A stretch of 41,529 bases of DNA from an uncultured Peptococcaceae bacterium (lineage in GTDB: Bacteria > Bacillota > Peptococcia > DRI-13 > UBA5745): assembly GCA_937873525.1 (NCBI GenBank), contig CALMWJ010000081.1, positions 1 through 41,529 of the forward strand. Direction: 5' to 3'. The position numbers and the translations under genes were made by a program. Under the pieces are notes generated by a model. The model saw only the letters and a list, made by a program, of their open reading frames with translations. It did no database searches and was not told the DNA's origin. The first letter of the stretch is position 1. Every line of letters begins with the position of its first letter. Below are positions 8,860 to 17,020 of this stretch, one piece after another.

Positions 8860-11142
8860 TTACGATTCGCTTCCTGCCGCATCCTTGAGAAAGGCGGGCA
8901 GTCCCTGATAATAATATCCGCTGAAGGCCGGATTTCCATCCTTGTTGATGAATTCCAGGCGATAGACTTCCTTCGCCTGGATTTTTTCTCCAAAGGGAAG
9001 GAAATAGGGGTCATAGGTATCATCTTCCAGGATGTGTCCGATCAACGCCGGGTCAGTGAAGCTGGCGATGGGCGGTTTGGCTTTCAGGATCGCATCCCCG
9101 TCCCTGACCGTCCAGCCCTCTTCCGTGGCGGCATAGGCCGCCGCTTCGCCTCGATATTCATAATATTTCTTGTCCAGGTCATAGCCGCTGAAGTTGTAGT
9201 CTTTGTAAAGGCGCACTTCCTGAAAGGCGTCCGCCTCAGGCATCAGCCGGGTTTCGTAGCCGTTGCTTTGGATCCACGCCAGCGTATGGACATAATTTCC
9301 TGGAATCGGAAACTCATCATACCGGTCATATAGGGAAGATTTGTATGGATCGGTATTCTTCTCGTTTTCCTCTGCCCCATAAAAATCAGCGATCCGTTCC
9401 TTCATCCTTTCGTCAAACACACGGCTGTCCATGGTTTGCAGGGCTTCCCAGTCCAGATCCGGCATGGCGTAGCGGTAACGGAGGCTGTAGAAGTTCCCTT
9501 TGGCCGCCTCCATGGATTCGAAAGTTTCCTCTTCGATGTCCTTTCGGACCGCGGCCAGAAGGCCCTCGATGGCCTCCGCGCCGATCACCTCGGTCTCCGC
9601 GCCCTGCCGGCCGCCATTGCCCAGCTTCAGCCACAACAGGTCCTTGGCTGACGCAAAAGGGATGCTTTGCCGGTTGCTTCGGTATTCTTCGGATTCAAAA
9701 AGCGCCTTGGCTTGCTCAGGATAATCGGTAAGGCTGAAGCTGTACTGGCGCCGGAGGACTCGCCCGTCCTTCATGATATAGGTCAGTTCGTTGTTCCGGT
9801 ATTTTTCCATGGCTTCTTTGCTTCGCCGTTCAATCAGCTGTCCATGGATCTGCAGCAGGGCCTCAATGCTGCCCTCCTCCTGAAAACACAGCTTCGGGTC
9901 GATCAGGTTCAATAACTGCGGCTGGATCCGCCCGCCTTGAAATTCCAGCTTTTCCAGGGCTTGCAGGCCTGCATATTTTTCTTCATCTCCATTGACGATG
10001 ACCGCGGCGACCTGGTCTGCCTGAGGCATCCGACGCTGATAGCCGGTCAAATCCATCCGGACCCCGGCGACCATCGCCATCAGGATCAGGGAGGCAGCCA
10101 GCAATCCTCGCCAAGCCTTTATGATGCGGATCGATTTCTGGATCAGCATCTCGGCCAGGCAGTAACCCACGATGGCCCAGAGCAAAAGCATCCACCAGTC
10201 CATGGTTTCGTTGATCAAAGCAGCCGTCATCAAAGCGCCGGACAAGCAGGCGCAGTAAGTTACCCCATATTTGAATATCGGATTCAATGCCGGGAAAACC
10301 ATGATATCTCCGGTTCGCTCCAAGGGGCGGCGGCGATAAACCGCCATTCCGGCCCAGAGAAAGGCCGCCGTAAGCAGTACCATGATCAGAAGATAGATCC
10401 ATGCATAATTTTCATTCCTCAGGTCGAACATCTTGATGATGGGCAGATATTCCAGCCAATCCATGCGGTCGGCATAATTCGGGAAACCATAGATCCCTTC
10501 ATGCAGGATCAGTGCGGTCAGCCCATACAAGGCTGCGGGAAGGCCGTGCAGGATCAGCGTCAGTATGGTCTGAACCAGAGGCATACCGGTGAACATCCCG
10601 GTAAAAACGGCCGAAGCGAACATCACAAGCTCCATAATATAATAGCCCAGCGCCCAGCGGAGGACATCTCCCGCTGAGTAGAGGATCCCGATGCTGCCGA
10701 AATAACGCAGCATCAGGCAGCACAAGCTCGTGATCAGAACCGGCAGCAACAATCCGACGACACCGGCCAGGTTCAGGTTCCAGTAGAGCTGCGACCGGCT
10801 GAAGGGCAGGCTGTGAAACATGGTCACGGCCTTGCCTTCATTTAAGTAGCTGTATAAGAGGGCTGCCCAAAGTAACGCCGAGGCGATCAGCATGAAGGTC
10901 AGCATCGGATTGCTGTAGCAAAGCTGGTCAAACCAATTCAATCCGCCCCAGCTTTGCAGCTGCGCCTTGTTTTCCAAGATCCGCTGCGCCTGGCCCGGCC
11001 CGCTGCTTAGAATAATGAAGGGCAGAAACAGGAGCATGCCTAATAAATTCAGCAAAGGCAGCCAAATAAATCGTTTGAAGTTGACCCCGAGGAGGGCCTG
11101 CGATAGCTTGACCGGTTTACAGAATGATGTTGGCGATGTCAT
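8860..11142 (-). CDS. Large ABC-2 type permease (YtrC/D-like) with long soluble C-terminal region
   Basis: FHSLPFSRSQLY and RRPLERTGD motifs, about 10 TM; start MTSPTSF after RBS GGGAGG inside the ATPase gene end. Confidence 0.8.
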   Translation of the reverse strand: MTSPTSFCKPVKLSQALLGVNFKRFIWLPLLNLLGMLLFLPFIILSSGPGQAQRILENKAQLQSWGGLNWFDQLCYSNPMLTFMLIASALLWAALLYSYLNEGKAVTMFHSLPFSRSQLYWNLNLAGVVGLLLPVLITSLCCLMLRYFGSIGILYSAGDVLRWALGYYIMELVMFASAVFTGMFTGMPLVQTILTLILHGLPAALYGLTALILHEGIYGFPNYADRMDWLEYLPIIKMFDLRNENYAWIYLLIMVLLTAAFLWAGMAVYRRRPLERTGDIMVFPALNPIFKYGVTYCACLSGALMTAALINETMDWWMLLLWAIVGYCLAEMLIQKSIRIIKAWRGLLAASLILMAMVAGVRMDLTGYQRRMPQADQVAAVIVNGDEEKYAGLQALEKLEFQGGRIQPQLLNLIDPKLCFQEEGSIEALLQIHGQLIERRSKEAMEKYRNNELTYIMKDGRVLRRQYSFSLTDYPEQAKALFESEEYRSNRQSIPFASAKDLLWLKLGNGGRQGAETEVIGAEAIEGLLAAVRKDIEEETFESMEAAKGNFYSLRYRYAMPDLDWEALQTMDSRVFDERMKERIADFYGAEENEKNTDPYKSSLYDRYDEFPIPGNYVHTLAWIQSNGYETRLMPEADAFQEVRLYKDYNFSGYDLDKKYYEYRGEAAAYAATEEGWTVRDGDAILKAKPPIASFTDPALIGHILEDDTYDPYFLPFGEKIQAKEVYRLEFINKDGNPAFSGYYYQGLPAFLKDAAGSES

Positions 11143-12028
11143 ATCCGATCCCTCCCAGCTCATAAATGAAAACTTCCTCAAGGGTCAGGGGCAGCCAGTC
11201 CAGCAGCATGGGCTCCATTTGCCGGATCGTCTCCATAACGGCGGCTTGCTCCCCTTTCACGATGAGGCGGCAGACGCTGCCGAAGGTTTCATGGTGCAAA
11301 ACCGAAAAACGGTCCCGGAGAGCCTCCAGGGCTTCCGCCTCCTTATCCTTGGGGAAAGCGGCCTGGATCTTGTACACATTGGATTTTGCTTCATCCAGGT
11401 TTTTCTGCAGCAGCATTTTTCCCTGATGGAGGATCCCCACGTGGTCGCAGACATCCTCCAGCTCCCGCAAATTGTGGGATGAAACCAGGACGGTCATTTG
11501 CCGTTCCGCAACATCTTGAAGCATAAGGCTCCAGACGCGGCGGCGCATCACAGGATCCAGCCCGTCCACCGGCTCGTCCAGGATCATCACTTCCGGCATG
11601 GTGCACAACCCAAGCCAAAAAGCCGCCTGTTTCTGCATCCCTTTGGATAAACGGATCAACCGCCTGGATTCTTCCATTGGAAAGGCCTCTTTCAGCCGTT
11701 CAAACCGTTCCTGATTCCAATGCGGATAAATCCCGGCGTAGAGCTGGGCAAGGTCCTTAATGGTGGCCATGGAAAAATAATATAAATCGTCACTGACATA
11801 AATCAGCCGCTCTTTTAATGCGTCATTTTCCCAAACATCCTGTCCATCTATGGTGATTTTTCCCTCATCCGGCCGGAATATCCCGTTCAGCAATTTGATC
11901 AGGGTGGTCTTGCCGGCGCCGTTGGGCCCGATCAGTCCGTAAACCGATCCTTTTTCCACATGTAAGCTGAGCTGATCAAGGGCTTTGAAGGTTCCAAAGC
12001 GCTTTGACAAATCGACCGCTTGGATCAT
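11117..12028 (-). CDS. ABC transporter ATP-binding protein (YtrB-like)
   Basis: GPNGAGKTT, LSKGM signature, ILDEPVDGLD, SSHNL, LTLEEVF. Confidence 0.93.
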   Translation of the reverse strand: MIQAVDLSKRFGTFKALDQLSLHVEKGSVYGLIGPNGAGKTTLIKLLNGIFRPDEGKITIDGQDVWENDALKERLIYVSDDLYYFSMATIKDLAQLYAGIYPHWNQERFERLKEAFPMEESRRLIRLSKGMQKQAAFWLGLCTMPEVMILDEPVDGLDPVMRRRVWSLMLQDVAERQMTVLVSSHNLRELEDVCDHVGILHQGKMLLQKNLDEAKSNVYKIQAAFPKDKEAEALEALRDRFSVLHHETFGSVCRLIVKGEQAAVMETIRQMEPMLLDWLPLTLEEVFIYELGGIGYDIANIIL

Positions 12029-12408
12029 TGAGGCTCCCCTCCTTCAGTGTGATAGGCTTCCTTGACCCATTGCAGCGCCTCCTCCGGGGAAATACCCAGA
12101 TGAAGCATGGCTGTCAAGGTTTCCTTAAGCTGTTTTTTAAGCTGCGTCTGCTGCTCCGTTTTCAGCTGCTGGCTCAGCGCCGCGGCAAAGTTACCCTTGC
12201 CTCGGACGGAGTAAATATATCCTTCCGCCTCCAGATCCCGATAGGCCTTCTGGATCGTATTGGGGTTCAACGTCAGGTTGGACGCCATTTCCCGGACCGA
12301 AGGCAGCTGCTGATTGGCCGGCAGCACCCCTCGGAGGATCATCGTCTTGATCTGGTCTTTGATTTGTTCAAATAATGGCCGGGGATCTCCATAATCGAGC
12401 TGAAACAC
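12025..12408 (-). CDS. GntR family regulator, YtrA subfamily
   Basis: PLFEQI..LPSVREMA..NPNTIQKAY..RGKG wHTH with short C-terminus; GTG start after AAGGAGG; ATGA overlap with ATPase. Confidence 0.92.
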   Translation of the reverse strand: MFQLDYGDPRPLFEQIKDQIKTMILRGVLPANQQLPSVREMASNLTLNPNTIQKAYRDLEAEGYIYSVRGKGNFAAALSQQLKTEQQTQLKKQLKETLTAMLHLGISPEEALQWVKEAYHTEGGEPQ

Positions 12409-12450
12409 AGTCAACCCTCCTTTCATCCCGGCTAGAGGCTTTACCCTCGC

Positions 12451-12475
12451 ACTGTAGTATTCGCAATAGTACAGT
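12451..12475. promoter_or_regulatory. YtrA-type operator palindrome
   Basis: ACTGTAGTATT-CGC-AATAGTACAGT (10/11 arm match) just downstream of the -10 of the GntR promoter. Confidence 0.75.
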
Positions 12476-12488
12476 TAATACGGTTTAT

Positions 12489-12517
12489 AATATAGTCTTT
12501 ATTTTATATTTTGTCAA
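12489..12517 (-). promoter_or_regulatory. Sigma-A promoter of the GntR-ABC operon
   Basis: TTGACA-N17-TATATT. Confidence 0.75.
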
Positions 12518-12526
12518 GCATCTTTT

Positions 12527-12601
12527 TGGGGACGGTGACTTTTTGCGCGGCTCCGCAAAAAGTCACCGTCCCCACTGTGCGAACCCTCGCACAGTGGGGA
12601 C
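12527..12601. repeat. Two interlocking perfect inverted repeats with TGGGGAC/GTCCCCA ends (REP-like)
   Basis: 21-bp stem 12527-12547/12554-12574; 15-bp stem 12568-12582/12587-12601. Confidence 0.8.
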
Positions 12602-12643
12602 CGAAAAGCATTGCCTCAACTGGGTTTGCTCAATCGAAGCCAC

Positions 12644-12674
12644 AAAAAAACTGCCGGCAAAAGCCGACAGTTTT
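12644..12674 (-). terminator. Intrinsic terminator of lemA-DUF2207
   Basis: Minus strand AAAACTGTCGGC-TTTT-GCCGGCAG-T7. Confidence 0.8.
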
Positions 12675-12721
12675 CAGGATGCATTCTCGATTATGGCTTT
12701 TTGATTGCAGTCTCATCGCGG

Positions 12722-14431
12722 TCAGCGGGATCCGCCGCCGCCCCCGCCAAAGGAACCGCCGCCGCCGCCAATGCTGGTGCCGCCGCCTGCCCCCCGGCTT
12801 GCCGCGCTCTGGCCGCTGTGGTATCCGCTGGCAAAGCTGTTGGTGAAAAGGGTCATGGCATAAATGTCCCCATAGGTATATTGGCTTTGCTGGACGTATT
12901 CCGGATACAGTTTCTCAAACTGCTGTGCCACTTCTTTGGCGATGCCGTACAAGCTCGCCCAGATCAGCAGTTCATCCCAAAGCCGCACCTCGATGGCGCT
13001 GCGTTCTCCAACCAGGGAGAAATCCTTGAGGTAGTTTTCGAACTGTACCAAATGATTGCTTAATTCATCCCCCTGCTCCGTACTGCTGAGGATCACGCTG
13101 GTGAAAACCTTGAAGACGGTAACCTCTTTCTGGGTCAAATAACCTTTCCGGATCATCACGAGTTCGGAATCGTTGACCAGATCCGTGCTGAGTTCGTCAA
13201 TCCTCTTGTAGTGTTTTCTCGCCCATTTCGTGAATTCCTTTTCTTCCAGCCGGTTGTCATCCCCTGCGGCCGACTGCATCATGTTCCAAAGACGGCTTTC
13301 GAAGTCCAGGCCCTCCATCTGTCCGCGGTTCAGCTGCAGGGTAGACTCGTTCTTCTTGAGAATAAAACCCTTTTCCTCCGTCAGATGGTCAATATGCCCT
13401 TCCTTCAGCCATTTCAGGAGGTGGGCATGAAAATAATTTTCGATTTTCCCCCGGTCGATGTCATTCAGTAAGCGTGCAACATCCGTCATAGGGCCTTCGG
13501 CGTAAGGGATTTCCCGGAAATATTGATCTTTGTTTAGCTTTCTCCGGTCTTTTGCTTTCATCACCGGCTTGGCGAGCCGGACTGCCTTTTGACGGAAGGC
13601 CATAACGATCCCTGTTATAAGGATGGTTAAGAACACCATAAAGCTGATGAAGGCGGTGAAGACTCTGTCCGTCAGGGACGCCGGTTTTTCTTCCTGGCTG
13701 TAGGAGCTGCCTTCTTTGGCCAGGCTTTCTTGTTCCGCAAGGGTTTTATCCAGAGTCAGCACCGGTTGAAACGGAGAATCCATGAATTGTATCAGGACCG
13801 TGACATAATTCCTGTCCGAAAGCGGTTCTGCCGAGGCGCCGGCCACAATGCCGTTTTCAAAATGGATCTCCCCATTGAACCCAAATCCCCAGATTTTGGT
13901 GTTGTCCGCCGTCATGGGCGCAGGTCCTTCGACAGACAGCGTCATCGCGGAGGGATTGATATTACCCTCTCCGCTGAAAAACTGCCAGTTCATGGCCTGT
14001 CCATCTTTAAGTTGACGAACCACCCCGCTGATCGTGTAGGTCACGGTATATTCGTGGTCGCCGTACGCCCCGATGCCCCAGCATAATTCATAGCCCTTGT
14101 CGGTGGTGACGATGCCGTATTTGCCGGCTTTCTCGGCTCGGCTAGCATGGATATCCCAGTTCGGTTCGAAGGTCAACGGCTGTCCGAAATCACTGACCTT
14201 GAAATCGGAAATATCCGAACCGCCCAGATTATCCATCACGATGTAGATTTCCGTATCCTTGGTCAGATTCATCTTCCGGTTTTCCGTCACGATCCCTGAC
14301 CCGTCGGTTTGCAGTTTCACATGGAAATCCAGGGATTGCATGGAATTGGCATAGACAGGGCCCTGGGATATGCCGGCCAGGGCCATCAGGATCCCAGCCG
14401 AGACCAGCCACTTAAGCCATTTCTTCATCAT
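12722..14431 (-). CDS. DUF2207 family membrane protein
   Basis: Signal peptide, extracellular domain, TM, FENYLKDFS..LWDELLIWASLYG motif, Gly-rich tail GGGGGSFGGGGGGSR; start MMKKW directly after the lemA stop. Confidence 0.85.
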   Translation of the reverse strand: MMKKWLKWLVSAGILMALAGISQGPVYANSMQSLDFHVKLQTDGSGIVTENRKMNLTKDTEIYIVMDNLGGSDISDFKVSDFGQPLTFEPNWDIHASRAEKAGKYGIVTTDKGYELCWGIGAYGDHEYTVTYTISGVVRQLKDGQAMNWQFFSGEGNINPSAMTLSVEGPAPMTADNTKIWGFGFNGEIHFENGIVAGASAEPLSDRNYVTVLIQFMDSPFQPVLTLDKTLAEQESLAKEGSSYSQEEKPASLTDRVFTAFISFMVFLTILITGIVMAFRQKAVRLAKPVMKAKDRRKLNKDQYFREIPYAEGPMTDVARLLNDIDRGKIENYFHAHLLKWLKEGHIDHLTEEKGFILKKNESTLQLNRGQMEGLDFESRLWNMMQSAAGDDNRLEEKEFTKWARKHYKRIDELSTDLVNDSELVMIRKGYLTQKEVTVFKVFTSVILSSTEQGDELSNHLVQFENYLKDFSLVGERSAIEVRLWDELLIWASLYGIAKEVAQQFEKLYPEYVQQSQYTYGDIYAMTLFTNSFASGYHSGQSAASRGAGGGTSIGGGGGSFGGGGGGSR

Positions 14432-14432
14432 C

Positions 14433-14981
14433 TCAGCTCCAGCTGGGCATTTCTGCCTTGTCGGTCGTGCTCTCGAAGTATTTTTCAATCTGGAAGTGGA
14501 ATAACCCGGCGATGATGTTGCTGGGTACCGATTGGATGACACGGTTGTATTTGGTCACCGTATCATTGTAAATCATTCTGGATTGGCGCACCTGCTGTTC
14601 GTATTTATCCACATTTTTCAAGGTATCCTGGTATACCTGGCTCGCCTTGAGATCGGGATAATTCTCAGCCACGGCGAACAGCTGGGTCATCGCTTGTCCA
14701 AAGAGCGTGTTGTCCTTCTCCACATCCGCTACACCGGATTGCCGCCCGAGACTGGTTCTTTGGGCCGTGATTTTTTCCAGGATGCCCGCCTCGTAGGCGG
14801 CATACTGCTTGGTGCCCTCGATCATGTTTTTGATCGCGTCCCAGCGGGACTCGATTTGCGCCGCGATCTGCCCCATGGCGTTCCGGACGAATTCCCGCTG
14901 GCGGATCAGGGTGTTGTAGGTTGAAATCACCCATAAGACGATGGCTGCCGCAATCACTAAGATAATCATGAAAGGCTGCAT
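14433..14981 (-). CDS. lemA: LemA family protein
   Basis: N-terminal TM, YNTL, AVAENYPDLKAS, YNDTVTKYN..PSNIIA motifs; start MQPF after AAAGAGGTG. Confidence 0.92.
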   Translation of the reverse strand: MQPFMIILVIAAAIVLWVISTYNTLIRQREFVRNAMGQIAAQIESRWDAIKNMIEGTKQYAAYEAGILEKITAQRTSLGRQSGVADVEKDNTLFGQAMTQLFAVAENYPDLKASQVYQDTLKNVDKYEQQVRQSRMIYNDTVTKYNRVIQSVPSNIIAGLFHFQIEKYFESTTDKAEMPSWS

Positions 14982-15108
14982 TGAACCACACCTCTTTCTG
15001 TTTTTTATTGTTGCTTTCATATTACCACAAATTGTTATTTTATGATGTACAAAAAACTGCATCGATTCCGGATTGCCCTTCTGCGTTCGGGGTAAATTTT
15101 TAAAAAAT

Positions 15109-15130
15109 AAAAAAAGGCCCGAAAGCCTTC
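15109..15130 (-). terminator. Terminator of the tRNA operon
   Basis: Minus strand AAGGCT-TTCG-GGCCTT running into a T tract, about 10 nt after tRNA-Val CCA. Confidence 0.8.
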
Positions 15131-15140
15131 CTATTTGCAA

Positions 15141-15216
<76 letters not shown>

Positions 15217-15255
15217 GAGGTGTTCGATTGAACCGTACCTCGCTGATATGGACCA

Positions 15256-15377
15256 TGGAACACAAATCTCCGCTTCGCTTCGATTTGCGAATTTGTTTTC
15301 TAAGTTCGTTCCGAGCTTGGGCGAACAGTGGAACACAAATCTGCACTTCGTTCCGATTTGCGAATTTGTTTTCTAAG
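15256..15377. repeat. Two 49-bp direct repeats (15256-15304, 15329-15377) in the tRNA spacer
   Basis: TGGAACACAAATCT...GATTTGCGAATTTGTTTTCTAAG, 45/49 identical, period 73 bp. Confidence 0.9.
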
Positions 15378-15403
15378 CTCATACTTCGCTAAGAAAACAA
15401 ATT

Positions 15404-15479
15404 TGGTGAGCCATCCGCGACTCGAACGCGGGACACCCTGATTAAAAGTCAGGTGCTCTACCGACTGAGCTAATGGCTC
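15404..15479 (-). tRNA. tRNA-Lys(TTT)
   Basis: 76 nt GAGCCATTAGCTCAGTCGGTAGAGC...CT-TTT-AA...GTTCGAGTC...TGGCTCACCA. Confidence 0.98.
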
Positions 15480-15512
15480 ACACGACTGGCCTTATCGGCC
15501 TGACAGGAACTG

Positions 15513-15542
15513 ATTATATCAGTTTGGCTCCCGTTTTGTCAA
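15513..15542 (-). promoter_or_regulatory. Consensus sigma-A promoter of the tRNA-Lys/Val operon
   Basis: TTGACA-N18-TATAAT with TG extension. Confidence 0.85.
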
Positions 15543-15607
15543 TGCTTTTCGTGTATTTTTTCGAATTGGTCTATAAATCCATTGGATGCGCTTCGCACTT
15601 TATCGCT

Positions 15608-17020
15608 CTATTCGCAATACGCCAGAATATCCCGTGCCGCCAGTATGCCGCTGACCGAGGCTTGCATCAGGCCCCGGGTGATCCCGGCGCCATCGCCCAC
15701 CGCATAGAAGCCTCGGATCGCCGTTTCCATATTGTTCTTAACTTCGATCTTGGAGGAATAGAACTTGGCTTCGACGCCGTAGAGCAATGTGGCTTTGCTG
15801 TACAAACCCGGGGCGATCTTATCCAAGGCCCGCAGGGTCTCCATGATGGAGGTCAGAAAACGCTGGGGCAGCACGAAGCTCAAATCCCCGGGAACGGCAC
15901 TCTTCAGGGTGGGGATGGTGGTGGATTTGGCCAAACGCCCCTTATCGCTGCGTCGTCCTTTGATCAGATCCTCCAGACGCTGCACCATGATCCCTCCGCC
16001 GGTCAGCATGTTGGCGCATTGGGCTATATATTTGCCATACTCAATGGGCTGGTCAAAGGGTTCCGTGAAATTGCTGGAAACCAGCAAAGCAAAATTCGTG
16101 TTGCCGGTCTTCAGACTCCGGTCCAAGAAACTGTGCCCGTTGACCAAGGCCACACCGCCATCATAGTTCTCCTCGGAAACGATGCCGCCCGGATTCATGC
16201 AAAAGGTTCTGACCTTGTTTTCGAAGGTGTCGGAGAAATAGATCAGCTTCGCTTCATAAAGCTCCTTTGTGAGATGGTCCATAACGGAATTGGGGGTTTC
16301 CACACGAACGCCGATGTCCACCGCATTGTTGATCGTCTTCAGGTTCAGTTTGTGGGCCTGCCGGGTCAGCCATTCAGCCCCGCCTCGCCCCGGCGCCGCA
16401 ATCACCTTGGGCGCATGAACGGTTTCCCGGGAGCCGTCCGGATTCTGAAGCACCGCGCCCAGAACCTGATCGTCCTCCACCAGGATATCCGCCACCGGCG
16501 TCAGCGGCCGGAACTCAATTTTTTTCTGACCGACCAGATCCACATAAATGTTCTTTAAAACTTCATAGCCGGTCTCCGTCCCCATGTGCCGGACCGGGCA
16601 GGGAACCAGAAGGATGCTGTGCCGGGACGCCTCATAAGCGATATCGTCCACGCTTTTGCTGTTGAGGCCGTGCACCTGATCCGGCGCCCCGTAATGGCAG
16701 TAAATCCGGTCGGCATAATCGATCATCGATTGGGTTTCTTCATGCCCAATGTACTCGGACAGCTGGCCGCCCACATCCGGCGAGAGGGACAGCTTGCCGT
16801 CGCTGAATGCCCCTGCTCCCGCCCAGCCGCACATGATGTTGCAGGGCTGGCAATGGGCGCAATGTCCCGTTTTGGGAATGGGACATTGGCGATGCTGGAT
16901 TTCCCGCCCCTTATCCACAAGCAAAACCCGGATATCCTTGTTTTCTTTGACCAGTTCGCCGGCTGCGAAGATACCGGCCGGCCCTGCGCCGATGATCAGC
17001 ACATCATAGGACTTGATCAT
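15608..17020 (-). CDS. Uncharacterised FAD/NAD(P)-dependent oxidoreductase (COG2509-like) with Cys cluster
   Basis: IIGAGPAG Rossmann motif, CAHCQPCNIMC, GAGAFSDGKL, RTFCMNPGG, YAVGDGAG. Confidence 0.85.
   Translation of the reverse strand: MIKSYDVLIIGAGPAGIFAAGELVKENKDIRVLLVDKGREIQHRQCPIPKTGHCAHCQPCNIMCGWAGAGAFSDGKLSLSPDVGGQLSEYIGHEETQSMIDYADRIYCHYGAPDQVHGLNSKSVDDIAYEASRHSILLVPCPVRHMGTETGYEVLKNIYVDLVGQKKIEFRPLTPVADILVEDDQVLGAVLQNPDGSRETVHAPKVIAAPGRGGAEWLTRQAHKLNLKTINNAVDIGVRVETPNSVMDHLTKELYEAKLIYFSDTFENKVRTFCMNPGGIVSEENYDGGVALVNGHSFLDRSLKTGNTNFALLVSSNFTEPFDQPIEYGKYIAQCANMLTGGGIMVQRLEDLIKGRRSDKGRLAKSTTIPTLKSAVPGDLSFVLPQRFLTSIMETLRALDKIAPGLYSKATLLYGVEAKFYSSKIEVKNNMETAIRGFYAVGDGAGITRGLMQASVSGILAARDILAYCE

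Noticed and set aside
15256-15377. Repeat-spacer-repeat as a mini CRISPR array
   Set aside because: Only two copies, repeat longer than spacer (49 versus 24 bp), inside a tRNA operon, no cas genes.
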